Assembly (NCBI RefSeq): GCF_001194135.2 | Contig: NC_068995.1 | Coordinates: 13,630,725-13,679,668, forward strand | Length of the DNA: 48,944 nt | Reading direction: 5' to 3' | Source of the DNA: Octopus bimaculoides | Lineage: Eukaryota | Shown: positions 1 to 12,230 of the stretch, in pieces | Numbering within the stretch: position 1 is the stretch's first letter | Layout of the letters: each line of letters opens with the position of its first letter | Position numbers and translations under genes: made by a program | The notes under the pieces: model-generated | The model's database searches: none | Told to the model about the DNA's origin: nothing | Seen by the model: only the letters and a program-made list of their open reading frames with translations

Positions 1-310
1 TTCGATTCCCAGACTGGGCGTTGTGAGTGTTTATTGAGCGAAAACACCTAAAGCTCCACGAGGCTCCGGCAGGGGATGGTGGCGAACCCTGCTGTACTCT
101 TTCACCACAACTTTCTCTCACTCTTTCTTCTGTAATTCAAAGGGCCAGCCTTGTCACACTGTGTCAAGCTGAATATCCCCGTACATGTTAAGGGTACATG
201 TGTCTGTGGAGTGCTCAGCCACTTGCACGTTAATTTCACGAGCAGGCTGTTCCATTGATCGGATCAATTGGAACCCTCGACGTCGTAAGTGACGGAGTGC
301 CAACAACAAC
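1..310 (+). mobile_element. tRNA-derived SINE, cut at its 5' end by the window edge
   Basis: Begins with a B-box-like TTCGATTCCC, retains CpGs and ends in an (AAC)n tail. A decayed partial copy (aagggccagccttgtc...) lies at about 17042-17130. Confidence 0.6.
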
Positions 311-879
311 ATATATGTATATAGATATATAAGAATGTGTGTCTGGTTTTTTTATGAGGAAAATGTTGACAGTAACTTCGATGTTTCAGTTAGCTTGTCT
401 TTGGCAGACTGTCTGATGTCACTGTCAACTTTTCTTTGTAAAAGTTTAATAAGCATGTACTCTACTATTGATTGATCCTTCAGTTTAATGTTGAATTGTT
501 TTTATATATAACTTGACATAAAAACTGACATATATGTATATGACATGGTTTAGGCAAAACAAACTCTGAATATTTTGGAATTTGTCTTCGAGACAAACCA
601 CATACATAAACAGTTTAGTGATTATCTTAAAGTAGATGGCTCTGTTTTTCTCTGATTGAAGCTTGGGAGAATGGTTGCCTGATTTTCTGTATTATGGCAT
701 GCTTAGTTTTTTGAATGAGAAAGCAGTCTTAGCAAAAAGTTCTTTTTTGATTGAAAACATGAATGTTATAGAAACTCCTCTCCTTGGCAAACAATTGGTC
801 ATAATTCAATCCCACAGATATACAAAAGCTGATTAAGTTGGAGTGAGTGATTCTTCCTACATTTTCAATTCCAATTTAC

Positions 880-1560
880 GTTACTTCTCTGTGTGATCTC
901 AAATCTTTTATTTATGATCAAAGTAAAAGATCATTTTATAAATGATTTAGGAAGCCTAAACTTTGAATATTCCATAATCTATTTTCAGGAAAACCATATA
1001 CATGAACATTTTGGTAATAATCTAAAATTAGGCAGCTATAACTGTTTCTCACAGAATCAAACTGGTGAAAGAGAAAATGGTGGCCTAATTTTCTATATGA
1101 AGGCGTGCTTTAATGTTGAGGATCTAAAACTTAAATCTACCTTGATTCTTGAGAATGTCAAGTTTGTGAAATTATTGATATTAACCGGAATAAAATCAAT
1201 AATTCTATCGAATTTTCCTTTTTTATTGTTCACCATGTGATACACATGAAATGTATCATAATGGTTTTTGCCAAAGCATTAAATAAAAAGATAGTGAACT
1301 CATTTATAGTCACTTGTGATTTTAACATTAATCTTCTTTGGATTGATAGCAGCAAATTTGCGACATAATGAACAATAATTTATGTCCCAAAATAACGTTG
1401 CCAACATGATTCTCTGATAAAAATGCCAGCTTAATTGAACACTTATGTGGAAGAGTTTCTCCTATCATTATTGCCTCTATTTAGGAATTTTGTTCAAACG
1501 TTTTTCTGATCGCTTGTCCCGTTTTGCATTTCTGGATGAATAGATAAAGCCTGTCCTCAT
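880..1560 (+). mobile_element. Decayed LINE APE-endonuclease region (CR1/L2 group)
   Basis: ORF 893..1240 reads IIYFQENH..LGSYNCF..GGLIFY. Downstream frames give TCDFNINLL (GDFN motif) and SLIEH (IDH motif). Confidence 0.7.
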
Positions 1561-1590
1561 TAAAATTACGGTGTATCAGTGACTATTCAA

Positions 1591-1764
1591 ACAAGATTAC
1601 ATGTTAAATAGTGTCAGACAAAATTACATGTTAAATAGTGACTATGGATTATTCAGACAAAATTACATGTTAAATAGTGACTATGGATTATTCAGACAAA
1701 ATTACATGTTAAATAGTGACTATGGATTATTATTCAGACAAAATTAAATGTTGAATAGTGACTG
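1591..1764. repeat. 39-bp minisatellite, about 4.5 copies
   Basis: Unit CAGACAAAATTACATGTTAAATAGTGACTATGGATTATT starts at 1615, 1654, 1693 and (partial) 1735. Confidence 0.9.
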
Positions 1765-2323
1765 TGTTAATGTAAATACTGCCTGTCTTCTTTTAACTAT
1801 CAAAAAAGTAAAAGATATTAAAAAAAATCACCTAGCACTCTCAAACATTAAGTTTAATAAATATAAACAAGAAAAGAATTATTGATGGCAAATGTTATCT
1901 TAGTTTTTTTTGAAAATTAAATGAATGAGGCGTTCACATATTGAACAGTTGAAGATTTAGGATCCACAGAGTTGAAGGAAAAGATATTTAAAAACAAATA
2001 TTCAATCTAACAATCGACTTATTGGAAATGCATACTAAACGCAGAACTCTAGCCTATTTTCCTAATGTAAAAATAAATGATATAACACCTCCCTCCCCTT
2101 AGAAAAAGGTAAAAAAAAAAAAAGACATGGCAAACTATCAACTAAACTCTAAATAGAAAATCGAAACCAAATTTATATCCCGATTAATTTATTGATGATG
2201 GTGGTAGATTATTTCATTGCTAATGATGGTAAAGATTGGAAAACCCAAGTGCCATGAAATCATTGTTGTTAGTTTTGGTTCAGGTACCTTATGATAAATA
2301 TACTTTGATTAAAGGCTGGCAGT

Positions 2324-3250
2324 CAGCCATTTTCAATAAAGTTGGACATGCTTACACTTGTGCTTCAAATACTGAACCTATTTATACCAGATAAAACGAT
2401 TTCATTCTCAGTAATTGTTTCTTGTCACAATAATTTCTTTTTCTGTGCAAACTTAAACAATTATTCTTACTATGTTCAACCTGAAAGTATTTCTGGAGAC
2501 ATCTTTCTGCAATGAAATAAAACAATATTAATGGAAAAGTATCTTTGTTCACATTGCTTTGACAGTACGTCATCAGATACAAAAGCAGTATGAGCATACT
2601 GGAAAACTACATTTCTGAATTTTCTTCCAGAATTCTTAGATCCAACTGAACATCAAGGACTCATTCAGCTCACTTATATAGTCCCATCAGTCTTCAGCCA
2701 TATTATAGATGCATTTACTATAATACTGTAAAAGTTACTATCACAGCTTCATTAAACAACAGTATATAATTTTTTGCAGATTCCAATTGCAGTCACAAAA
2801 ACATTAACAAGGTATAGTAGATATGGAATCTTATGTAACAATTCTACAAAGCTTTTGCTGTAAATTTCAGGCTGTAACTGCTGATATATGTAATCAAGAA
2901 GAGACCATTAGAGACTTCTTTTGAGATTTCTTTTAAGTGTATGTGACAAAGACTCCCTGAAAACTCTTAATTGAATTTGGGACAAGCTATCACACAAGCT
3001 GGTCCACTGGTAGCTACTCAAAGAAATTCCAAAGGTTTACCAGCATGTTTAAACTTCCTCTCAATGTCCTATTTGAAGCAGCAGCCAAAATAGAATCCAG
3101 CTCCTTTGACAACAACATTTACAAATCTGTCTGTAGATGAAGGTGCTATGTTTGTGCTGATTCCTATCTTGACAATTGCAAAAGAGGTGGGACATTTTTT
3201 ATGACCATACGGTGGTTAAAGTGACAGAAACCTATACATTTACAATCCTT
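2324..3250 (-). mobile_element. Decayed LINE reverse-transcriptase fragment
   Basis: Minus-strand frameshifted LLLY(A)DDVL (YADD motif), with KAF- and YKY-like motifs and many stops. Confidence 0.5.
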
Positions 3251-3383
3251 GACAACTTGATCTAAATAGATGTTTCTTTAGCTTTCTATATTTCAAACAT
3301 CTGATTTTTTTTCTTTTAGTGAAAAGATACATTTATTGTTTTGCATAACTTGCATTCTTCTATAATTCAGAAATATGATTTCC

Positions 3384-3573
3384 TTAATCCTTTTAATACC
3401 AACCTGCCCATAACTTCTCTAGTTCTATGGCACAAACTTCATGTTAATATATGTGCCAAACACCACTTAATAATGATAATGTTATTTTACCGAACTCTTC
3501 ATTTTTTTCAAAATTAATTGAAACAAAGGCAAAGCAATGTGTTTCAACAGAAATATGATAACACAAGACTTAA
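3384..3573. mobile_element. piggyBac-like MITE flanked by TTAA
   Basis: TTAA at 3384-3387 and 3570-3573. A second partial copy is at 4492-4577. Confidence 0.55.
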
Positions 3574-3619
3574 ATGACATGACTTTGTTATATTTAAATT
3601 TAGAAGATCACTGAAAAAA

Positions 3620-5260
3620 AAAAAGAAAACTATTGCTCAACTTGTTCCTTTGTTGGTGATCCCTCCTTATAAATTCCCATCTCTATTATGATTTGAAATC
3701 AATTGCTATTAAATCTCACTGCTTGTCTTCACTTGATGAAATGAAACTAAATAGCTTCTTGATGATGGTATTATTGATCTTTCAATCTCTCCATGGTGAG
3801 CAAAAGTGGTAGTAGAAACTGGTAAACAATGCCTTGTTATCAACTACTTGCAGATGATAAATCATTACTGCTCTCTAGATGCGTATCCACTTTCTAATAT
3901 TGAATATCTCATGCGTACTATTTCTGACCATAAATTCTAGAGCAAACTACATTTGCAAACAACATGCTATCAGATTTCACTCCACACTGATGATAACAGA
4001 TGCACTGCATTCCAAACTAATGGATGCTTTTTCCAATTCACAATTCAAAGTTACCCTTTGGTGCGACCATTGATATAATAGCTTTTTTTTTAAGCATGAT
4101 GGATTGTATAATTACTAATGATGATATCAAAGGAGTTCATGCCTCTCTTGTAGATGTTATTCTCATTAGCATGATGGGAATTTGGCTTTATTTCAGATAC
4201 TAAGGCTCTCATTACTATATTGTATGATGATAAATATCTTCTTGACCAAATACTCATTAGTTACCTAGGTTACAAGCTAGAAATTCATACTTTGCAGCAT
4301 GATCCAGCAAGATGGAAATCCCTTCTTGGTTACTTGATGCCGAGTAATGTTAAACAGCTGCAACAACCATTATGTTTATTTAATTACTACATTGAATTTT
4401 CGATTTTCTTCTTTTGCAGAACTAATTCAAACTATTCTAATTCATGTTTTTCTATTACAATAAAAAAAAAAACATGTGTTAATCATTTGTTTTAATCCTT
4501 TTGATACCAACCCACCTGAGACTGTCTCTGATTCTATGATACAAACTTCCTGTATTAAAGGGATTTAAATTAAAACCTTCCATCAAAATTTCATGTTGGA
4601 ACTGTCCAGCCTATGCCAGCATGAAAAAAGGGACATCAAATGATGTTGATTATCCATATTAAACTGCTAACCTGATTCATGCTATAAGTCACTGTGCATG
4701 TCAACTATCCAGATGGCTAAATTGACATTGTTTCAATCAAAGATTATAGCCTTATCTGAAAGGCCATACTCCATAGGAAATTGGTTAAACTCTGGTACCT
4801 CTGAAGCATCTTCCATTTGTGATCGCTACAATGTTGACTTGTTGAAGAATCTGACCTGGGCATGTTTTGGGTTTGCTGATGAATGTTCTGTCAATGATTG
4901 CTGAAGTGACATACTTAGAAAACAGGTTAAGCAAGCATATGAATAGAAGTAATTCAACACTGATCTGGTTATTAAAGGGGAAATCTCAGTTTCATCCCTC
5001 AAATTTACTCATCAGTCAAAAAGAATCGAGAAAGTACTTAAAAGTACTGGTGACTATTATGAAATCCTTATTGTTCGTTCTGGTTGCGGTGTCTTGTTCA
5101 ATTTGGTTGAAAACTAACAGCTAGCCAGCTATTTTCAATAACCAAGAACATGCTTACACTTGTGCTTTCAATACTGATGGTGATTTTTTTGGAGCAAACA
5201 AATTTGTTTCTTGGCACAAAAGTTTGAAATATATTTCACTAGAGAGGGACACATTTTTGC
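3620..5260 (-). mobile_element. Decayed LINE RT fragments (CR1-like, probably more than one copy)
   Basis: Minus-strand Q*GFHNSH (QYGFR..HST-like), YHFCSPW and DLIAIDFK motifs; heavily disrupted. Confidence 0.45.
4492..4577. mobile_element. Partial second copy of the TTAA MITE
   Basis: ttaatccttttgataccaacc...atacaaacttc aligns with 3384-3445. Confidence 0.5.
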
Positions 5261-5749
5261 AAACATGTTCTATTTCTCAAATGGCTATTAGAAATTTTAA
5301 GACATAATGCCTTCTACTATAATAACTTTTAAACCTATTTTTGTTGAAGAAACTAGAAAAATTATCAATGGTTTGGTGCTGAAGCAGAGTTTTGGTTATA
5401 ACTGCATCTGTATTTTCTCTAGTCATTGAAAAGGATTCTTGTTAAATCCCTTTGTTTATTAATAAATCCCCTTTCAAACATGTTTTTTGTAATCCATTAA
5501 AATTCACAAAAGTTATTATTTTCAAAAAAAGATAACAAGAATGTGTGTTTGAACTAACACTCACTTTCTCTACTAACCAACATAACTAAAGTTTTTGAAA
5601 TAGCCATCTTTCTTCAACTCTTTTTTTATATATATATATATTTTATTTATTTGTGGAAATGACCTACTTTACAGAGAGAAAATACAGTTTTGGCAGAAAT
5701 TACTCCACTTAATATACAACCATAAAGATAGCTAAAAAAAAAAACCTCA

Positions 5750-6420
5750 CCAGTTGGCATAATCTTGGACTTGCCAAAAACTTTTGACTCTGAATCCTGA
5801 TATTCTGCTTGCTAAACTACATCATAATGAAATTAGACATGAAATACAACCTGTGTTCCACATTCACCTTACTAACCAGTCACAATTTGCTTAATACAAT
5901 GGTGAAATAACATCTAATCTTACCACTTTCCATAGATGTTCCACAGGTTCCAATTTGTGACTTTTTGTTATTTATTAGGTTTGTGACAAACACTTCTATA
6001 GCCTCAAAATTACTTAATTTAATGCTGTGTGCAGATGACGCATCATTGATTTTAGATCTGTATTGAGCAGAAACAAAACAGTATAAACAATGAATTTTTA
6101 AATGTATCAGGTTGACTAATGGAAAATAAACTCTTACTCAACATCTCAAAAACAAAGTGCATGCTCTTTCACCATCATCATCGGAAACACAAATCCCTGG
6201 ACTCAATCCCACAGCTTGAATTTGACAGTAATAGAACAGAATATATTGATTATTTTAAATTTCTAAGAAGCTTTGTTGATAATATTAAATGAAAACTACA
6301 TATTGATTTAACCTGCAGGTGAACATTCAATAATATTGGTAACTTATCTTGCACAAAATATTATTTTCTTAGACATGTGTTACTAAACATGTCAGATTTT
6401 TATTTGTATTATTAGTCTTA
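5750..6420 (+). mobile_element. Decayed LINE RT domain (CR1/L2 group), likely the same element as 880..1560
   Basis: GIILDLPKTFD, DVPQVPI..LLFI (GVPQGS), LMLCADDAS (YADD), ENKLLLNISKTKCMLF and YFKFL motifs in the expected order. Confidence 0.8.
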
Positions 6421-6448
6421 TATTATTAAACTTACGAGTGATCCAAAC

Positions 6449-6705
6449 CACTAGTTCTCAAACTGCCAAATATCAAATCTTCCCGCCAAATTTTTAGTGA
6501 AATTTTTTTGTCACTCACCCTCCTACAATTCTTGGTTAATGTGAAGACAAAGTAGAGTTTACATTTATATAATTCTTCTTCCTTCACTAGGTGTTGGACA
6601 AATAAAAAAAAAAAAAAAACCCTCTTAACTTTATAAGTGTGGCAATTAGTGCTCATGCATTTCAATCTTCACAGCACTATTGCTCGTCCCTTATGAGAAT
6701 CGCTG
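6449..6705. mobile_element. Decayed hAT/Charlie-type MITE
   Basis: Ends CACTAGTTCTCAAAC and ATGAGAATCGCTG resemble CAGTGGTTCTCAAAC TIRs. The TSD is only partly matched. Confidence 0.35.
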
Positions 6706-6869
6706 ATCTAGCTATGGTATTTTGTTGAGTCATCATTCTAGTAAAGTTGAAAACTTAGAAACAGTCCTGAAACTAGTTTTAAGTAAAAAACAAAAAAATC
6801 CAACTTTGGACATACTGATTCTCTCTACGGTAGTACTAGAGTTTTAAAGTATTCAGATATTTATAGACA

Positions 6870-7143
6870 TACTCTTTACTCTTTTACTTGTTTCAGTCAT
6901 TTGACTGTGGCCATGCTGAAGCACTGCCTTTAGTTGAGCAAATTGACCCCAGGACTTATTCTTTGGAAGCCTAGTACTTATTCTATCGGTCTCTTTTGCC
7001 GNNNNNNNNNNCATCTCCCAAATCCACTCACAAGGCTTTGGTCGGCTCGAGACTATAGAACAAGACACTTGCCCAAGTGGGAATGAACCCAGAACCATGT
7101 GGTTGGTAAGCAAGCTACTTACCACACAGCCACTCCTGTGCCT
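6870..7143 (-). mobile_element. SINE family A (tRNA-derived head, GAAACAAGTAAAAGAGT tail), spans a 10-N gap
   Basis: Reverse complement aligns with the full copy at 10079..10481. Confidence 0.85.
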
Positions 7144-7179
7144 ACAAATTAAATTAAATAATTTTCAACTTATGTCTAA

Positions 7180-7560
7180 ATTTCTATTAAGGGGGCATAG
7201 GCATATTGGAGTAGTATTGGTGAATTTTGGAAAGCATGGAATTTTTGAAGAATGTAGCATCCTGACAGTTAACAATGGATGTAGGTAGTTTGTTCCATGC
7301 TTCAACAATTCTGAGTATGAAAAAATATTTTGAAAAGTCAAGAGTGCTTTGCTGCTTTTTGATTTTAGAAGCATGTTCACGAGTGGTAGAGGTACTGAAT
7401 TCAGAAAGGGTGGTGAAAGTTGTTTGAAAGATGGTGGATAATCTTGTAGACTCCTATTAAGTTGTTGAAACATTAGTATGTCAATGCTCAGAGAAATACA
7501 TTCCAAATATTTCTAGAGTTATCGAACAACAAAATCAAATATCCATGTTTATGTAATGCA
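7180..7560 (-). mobile_element. CR1-type LINE 3' end
   Basis: Minus strand reads DLIGVYKII and FFILRIVEAWNKLPTSIVNCQDATFFKNS, the typical CR1 ORF2 C-terminus. Confidence 0.75.
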
Positions 7561-8110
7561 AGCACTATTTATAAAACTTATATACACTCAGAATCCATTT
7601 AAAAAATTATTCTTAAGATAAAGTTGAGTGAAAAAGATATTCTTAAAGTTATCATTAAACTTATAAATCATTAATGCAGCATGATAACAGCATTTCCCTC
7701 CAAAACAGGAACTATCAGTTCTCCTCTTTTTAAAAGTTTCTGATTTCAAAATTCACACCTAAAAAAAGAAAGAAACAGATTCTGACCATGATCATTATGT
7801 TTAAAGAAAAGAGAAGGATAGATTGAATCTGAGGAAAGAAGAGAGAATGACAACTAAGTTTGTCAACAACTCTTTTGGAACTAATGGTGTTGATGCATAG
7901 CAACCGAAGGTGTTAGCTTTGTAAGTGCAGACATCAATCACCAAATAAAGTGGAAAGATATCGCTAGTAATTGGTGCAACAACTACAATAAAAACACCAA
8001 ACAACAAAGTTATAAAGAACATGTTTTTGCCCACACTGCAAACCAATTGGCAATGTATGTTCAAAGGAAAAGCTGTTAAAAACTACAAGAATGATATTGT
8101 ACATCTGCTT

Positions 8111-8342
8111 TCATCATTGTCATTTGATATCTGCTTTCCAGTGTTTGCATGGGTCAAACGAAATTTGTTGAAGTAGATTTCCTACAACCTGATTCCTTTC
8201 CCGTCACTAACACTCACCTGTTTTCAAGCACAGTGATATTTTCCATGGCCAGACAAATTTTCCATAGAAGACTAGAAATGAACAATCTGGTTTGTATGAT
8301 GATGATGTTTGTTTACAACCATTGTGTGATGTCAAGACAAGG

Positions 8343-8390
<48 letters not shown>

Positions 8391-8546
8391 CAGGCTTTTT
8401 TCAGTTTCTGTCCATCATATTCACTCACAAGGCTTTGGTCAGCCAAGGACTATAGTAGAAGATACTTGTCCAAGGTGCTGCACAGTGGCACTAAACTCAA
8501 GACCACATAGTTTGAAAGCAAGCTTCTTAACCACACAGCTATGCTG
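8111..8546 (-). mobile_element. SINE family B (family A head and core, RTE-like (GAT)n tail)
   Basis: Head and core at 8390-8546 match family A. The tail at 8111-8340 matches the copies at 11489, 14315 and 44961. Confidence 0.75.
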
Positions 8547-8657
8547 CTTTCTACTGAAGAAATAAGACTCAAGAGTCCCCTTTTCTTTACAAGTGAATAA
8601 ATCATAAAGCCTGAAAATTACACCCTCACCCCATCTCTCACAGAAATAGGGAAATAC

Positions 8658-9095
8658 TTGGAAAAAGTAAGACCCTTAGTAGTCTTCATATCGAGTGGTA
8701 AGCAACACAAGATGGTGGTAGCTATATGCGACAGCAAGCACAAAGTAGCCACAACAATATGCACATCCCGGCAGTTTATCATGATCCCAAATGGACATGG
8801 AATTTTGAGTGACCATAATCATAATCACAGAGACAAGGCCAGAGTAATAGCAACGTTAGGACACAGAGGAATTACAGGATTCAAGTTACCCCTTTTCCAG
8901 CAGTATTGGAGAGGAACGTCAGTGGCATTTGAGGTGTTAGTTACACCAGGAAATATTTTTGGCATCTCAGATTATTATTTCAGAGAATATGAGCACATAT
9001 GGACAGCCATAGAAGGGGAAGGACCCAAATGCTACAATTGTAGTAGAACACATCACCTCAGAGTATTCTCACCTTCACCAACAAGTCAAGGGTAG
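8658..9095 (+). mobile_element. Decayed non-LTR retrotransposon ORF1-like fragment with a degenerate zinc knuckle
   Basis: HIWTAIEGEGPKCYNCSRTHHLR resembles the V..EGRPP.CY.C...GH motif of L1/Tx1-type ORF1. Confidence 0.4.
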
Positions 9096-9459
9096 TTCAT
9101 TACATTTCATTGCTGTTTCCAACACCACAGTTGGAGCAATTGCAATGAGGGTGGCAGTCACAGTAGCAGCAGGACAGCTAAGGTCTCTCCTTTGCAGGTA
9201 ACTGTGAAACAAAGAGTTGGAGAAGTATATTTTCTTATTTCCCTTTTTGCAAACAAAAGATCAGAATTAGTGAATTCTTTCAGAAACATCTGTCTCTATT
9301 TATTGAAGAATTTCCAACCACCAACCAGCTTAAATAGATTATTCCTCACAAAATAGAGTTACCATCTTTTGAAAGATGATCACAGGAAGGAAAAGCATTC
9401 ATGTTGTCATTAACAGTAGTTGTCTTTGTTTCTTTTGTACATTTCATACTCATGATACC

Positions 9460-9890
9460 CATCATCATCATTCAGCATCCATTTTCTATGCTGGCATGGG
9501 TTAAATGGTTTGATTGCAACTGGTAAGCTGGAGAGCTGCACCAGGTTTGTCTGTTTTGGGTTAGTTTCTATGGTTGGATACCCTTCCTAATGTCAACCAC
9601 TCCAAGAGTGTAGTGGCTGTCTTTTATGTGTCACTAACACAAGCCACAACTATGATTTTACTTGGCATGTCTTCTCAAACACAGCAGATTGCCAAAGATC
9701 TCGATCACTTGTCATCACCTCTGTCAGACTCAACATCTGAAGATCATGCTTCACCACCTCATCCCTTGTTTTCCTGGGTCTACCTCTTCAGCAGGTTCCC
9801 TCCACAGTTAGAAATCAGTACTTCTTTAGACAGATGTTCTCATCCATAATCACATAATAAAAATACCTAAAAATACCACATGTTCTGCAT
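9460..9890 (-). mobile_element. RTE-clade LINE 3' end
   Basis: Minus strand reads MDE..VEGTC*RGRPRKTRDEVVKHDL..DRDLW, followed by a 3' UTR and (GAT)n tail. Confidence 0.75.
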
Positions 9891-10078
9891 ATGGCAATTC
9901 AGTAGATGAATGTGTGACATATTTTCTATCCTCTTTTGATATGCTTACAAATATTTTTTCTTATACAGGTGTAGGCATAGTGATATGGCTAAGAAGTTCA
10001 TGGTTTTAGTTTCAGTCTGCTTCTAATAAATGATACACACTAATTCTTATATTGCATTCATTTTTCTTGATTTGTAAA

Positions 10079-10481
10079 CACAGGAGTGGCTGTGTGGTAA
10101 GTAGCTTGCTTACGAACCACATGGCTCTGGGTTCTGTCCCACTGCGTGGCACCTTGGGCAAGTGTCTTCTACTATAGCCTTGGGCTGACCAAAGTCTTGT
10201 GAGTGGATTTGGTAGACAGAAACTGAAAGAAGCCCGTCATATATATATATGTGTGTGTGTATATGTTTATGTGTCTGTGTTTGTCCCCCCAACATCGCTT
10301 GACAACTGATGGTGGTGTGTTTACGTCCCCGTAACTTATCAGTTCAGCAAAAGAGACCGATAGAATAAATACCAGGCTTCCAAAGTATTAAATCCTGGGG
10401 TTGATTTGCTTGACTAAAAGGCGGTGCTCCAGTATGGCCACAGTCAAATGACTGAAACAAGTAAAAGAGTAAAAGAGAGTA
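10079..10481 (+). mobile_element. SINE family A, essentially full length
   Basis: A-box/B-box-like head (TGGCTGTGTGG...GGGTTCTGTCCC), core, internal AT/GT microsatellite and AAAAGAGT tail. Confidence 0.9.
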
Positions 10482-10803
10482 CATGTTCACCAATCCACAC
10501 ATACACATACATACTCATGTATACATAAATCCTGATGAGGAGATAGATTTTACCAGGTTATATGCTGATTGAAATACAGCATGACTGTGCAGTTTAACTA
10601 GATTGTGTCTTGTGCTGTGTACTTAATACCTCTCTCTGTTTTGGATTTTGATTGATTAATATCCAGTAATACAGTTCTTTTAGCTACATTTTCCAATAAC
10701 ACTACTTATTGGAAATCTCCCTTTTATTGATTATCACTTTATCACCTAAAATTGTTATAAATATAAATATGCTATATTTAATATTACCTTGGTTTTGTTT
10801 TAG

Positions 10804-10845
10804 GAAATGGATTCTTTATTGAAAATACAAAAATCGTTTAATACT
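10804..10845 (+). CDS. Candidate 42-bp internal exon of an unidentified host gene (EMDSLLKIQKSFNT)
   Basis: Acceptor ttggttttgttttag|G and donor ACT|GTAAGC. One frame is open and symmetric, and the sequence looks unique. No homology recognised. Confidence 0.3.
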
Positions 10846-11009
10846 GTAAGCTTCAATAGAGTTGATAACATTTATGATTTCATGGTTCTTTAATCTTTCT
10901 GTAGCACTGTGTCTACTGTTGTTTAACCCGAGGTGANNNNNNNNNNNNNNNNNNNNNNNNNNNNNNNNNNNNNNNNNNNNNNNNNNNNNNNNNNNNNNNN
11001 NNNNNNNNN

Positions 11010-11045
<36 letters not shown>

Positions 11046-11488
11046 GAGAGAGAGAGAGAGAGTTCCAAAAAATGGGTACACAGATTGAATTGTTGTAAAG
11101 TTAGTGTTTATTAATTTGGTAGAATTTACATGCAGAATTTGAATTTTTATGACTGCCTTTTTTCAAAATGATGATTGTTCTGATTTGGGCATTGCTGATT
11201 ACATGAAGCAATCAAATTGCAAACATCAAGCAATATTTCATACTGTATTTGCATGCATTCGTACAATGCATTTTTTCCAAGAGGGTGCTGTTAGTTGAAT
11301 CAGTCACACCTTATAATTTACAAGTGAGGGCTTAGTTTGTTGACCTTTGAAGGATGAAAGTCAGTCTTGTCAAGATTTGATCACAGAACATGAAATTATA
11401 TACCATAAATTATCTTACCACAAAACTTGTTGAGTGAGTCACCTGCTAAAAATAGAAGCCATATCACACAAATTATATATCCTATCAA

Positions 11489-11835
11489 CATCATTGTGAT
11501 CATTTAATATTCACTTTTCCATGCTTGCATGCGTTCGACAGAATTTGTTGAGGCAGATTTTTTACAGCCAGCACAGAAGATTGGAAACATACATCATTGC
11601 TTGTATGGCTGTAATGTTTGCTTATAACCATCACCTGATGACAAAGCAAGGATACATACAAATACATACACACGTGTGTGTGTGAGGATTCCTGCAGTTT
11701 TCATCTACCAAATCCATTTACAAGGCTTTCGTCAGTTTGGGGCTATAATAGAAAACACTTGTCCAAGGTGCTGTACAATGGGATTGAACCTAAGATTGCA
11801 CAGAAAGCAAGCTTCACACCCTCATGCCTACGCCT
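11489..11835 (-). mobile_element. SINE family B, decayed
   Basis: Shared head and core at 11690-11835, RTE-like tail at 11489-11640. Confidence 0.7.
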
Positions 11836-12125
11836 GTGATGGTTTTGGTTAGTACTGAACAGCCAAGGTTGAATCAGTGCTAAACAACATCACTGCTTCA
11901 AAGTGACAAAGCAAAGGTATCATTTAACAGTTATTAAATTACTAATTTGTCTAATTAAACTTCTTTGACATTTATGTTTATAACAGCATAAGAAACTAAA
12001 CATGCATTCTTTTAATTAAGAAATATAGTTTTTATGATTGAATTATTGATAATTTAAATAATTTAATGTTTTTCTCATAATTATTTTATATTTTCATTCA
12101 GCTAGGTTACGTGTGTACATCTATT

Positions 12126-12168
<43 letters not shown>

Positions 12169-12230
12169 TGTCTGACAAATAGGAATATGAAACTCCGAGT
12201 AACAGTTCTGTGATAATTTTGCAGCTTTAA

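Noticed and set aside
1591-1764. Regular 39-bp repeats as a CRISPR array
   Set aside because: There are no unique spacers and no cas genes, and the context is eukaryotic.
2324-5177. 52-bp imperfect direct repeat (2324-2375 and 5126-5177, 44 of 52 identical) bracketing the antisense LINE block
   Set aside because: Too long and diverged for a TSD. Both appear to be the same RT segment of two related minus-strand LINE copies.
7801-8064. Hydrophobic minus-strand ORF as a GPCR or membrane-protein exon
   Set aside because: It has no CWxP or NPxxY motif. The hydrophobicity follows from being antisense to A-rich sequence.
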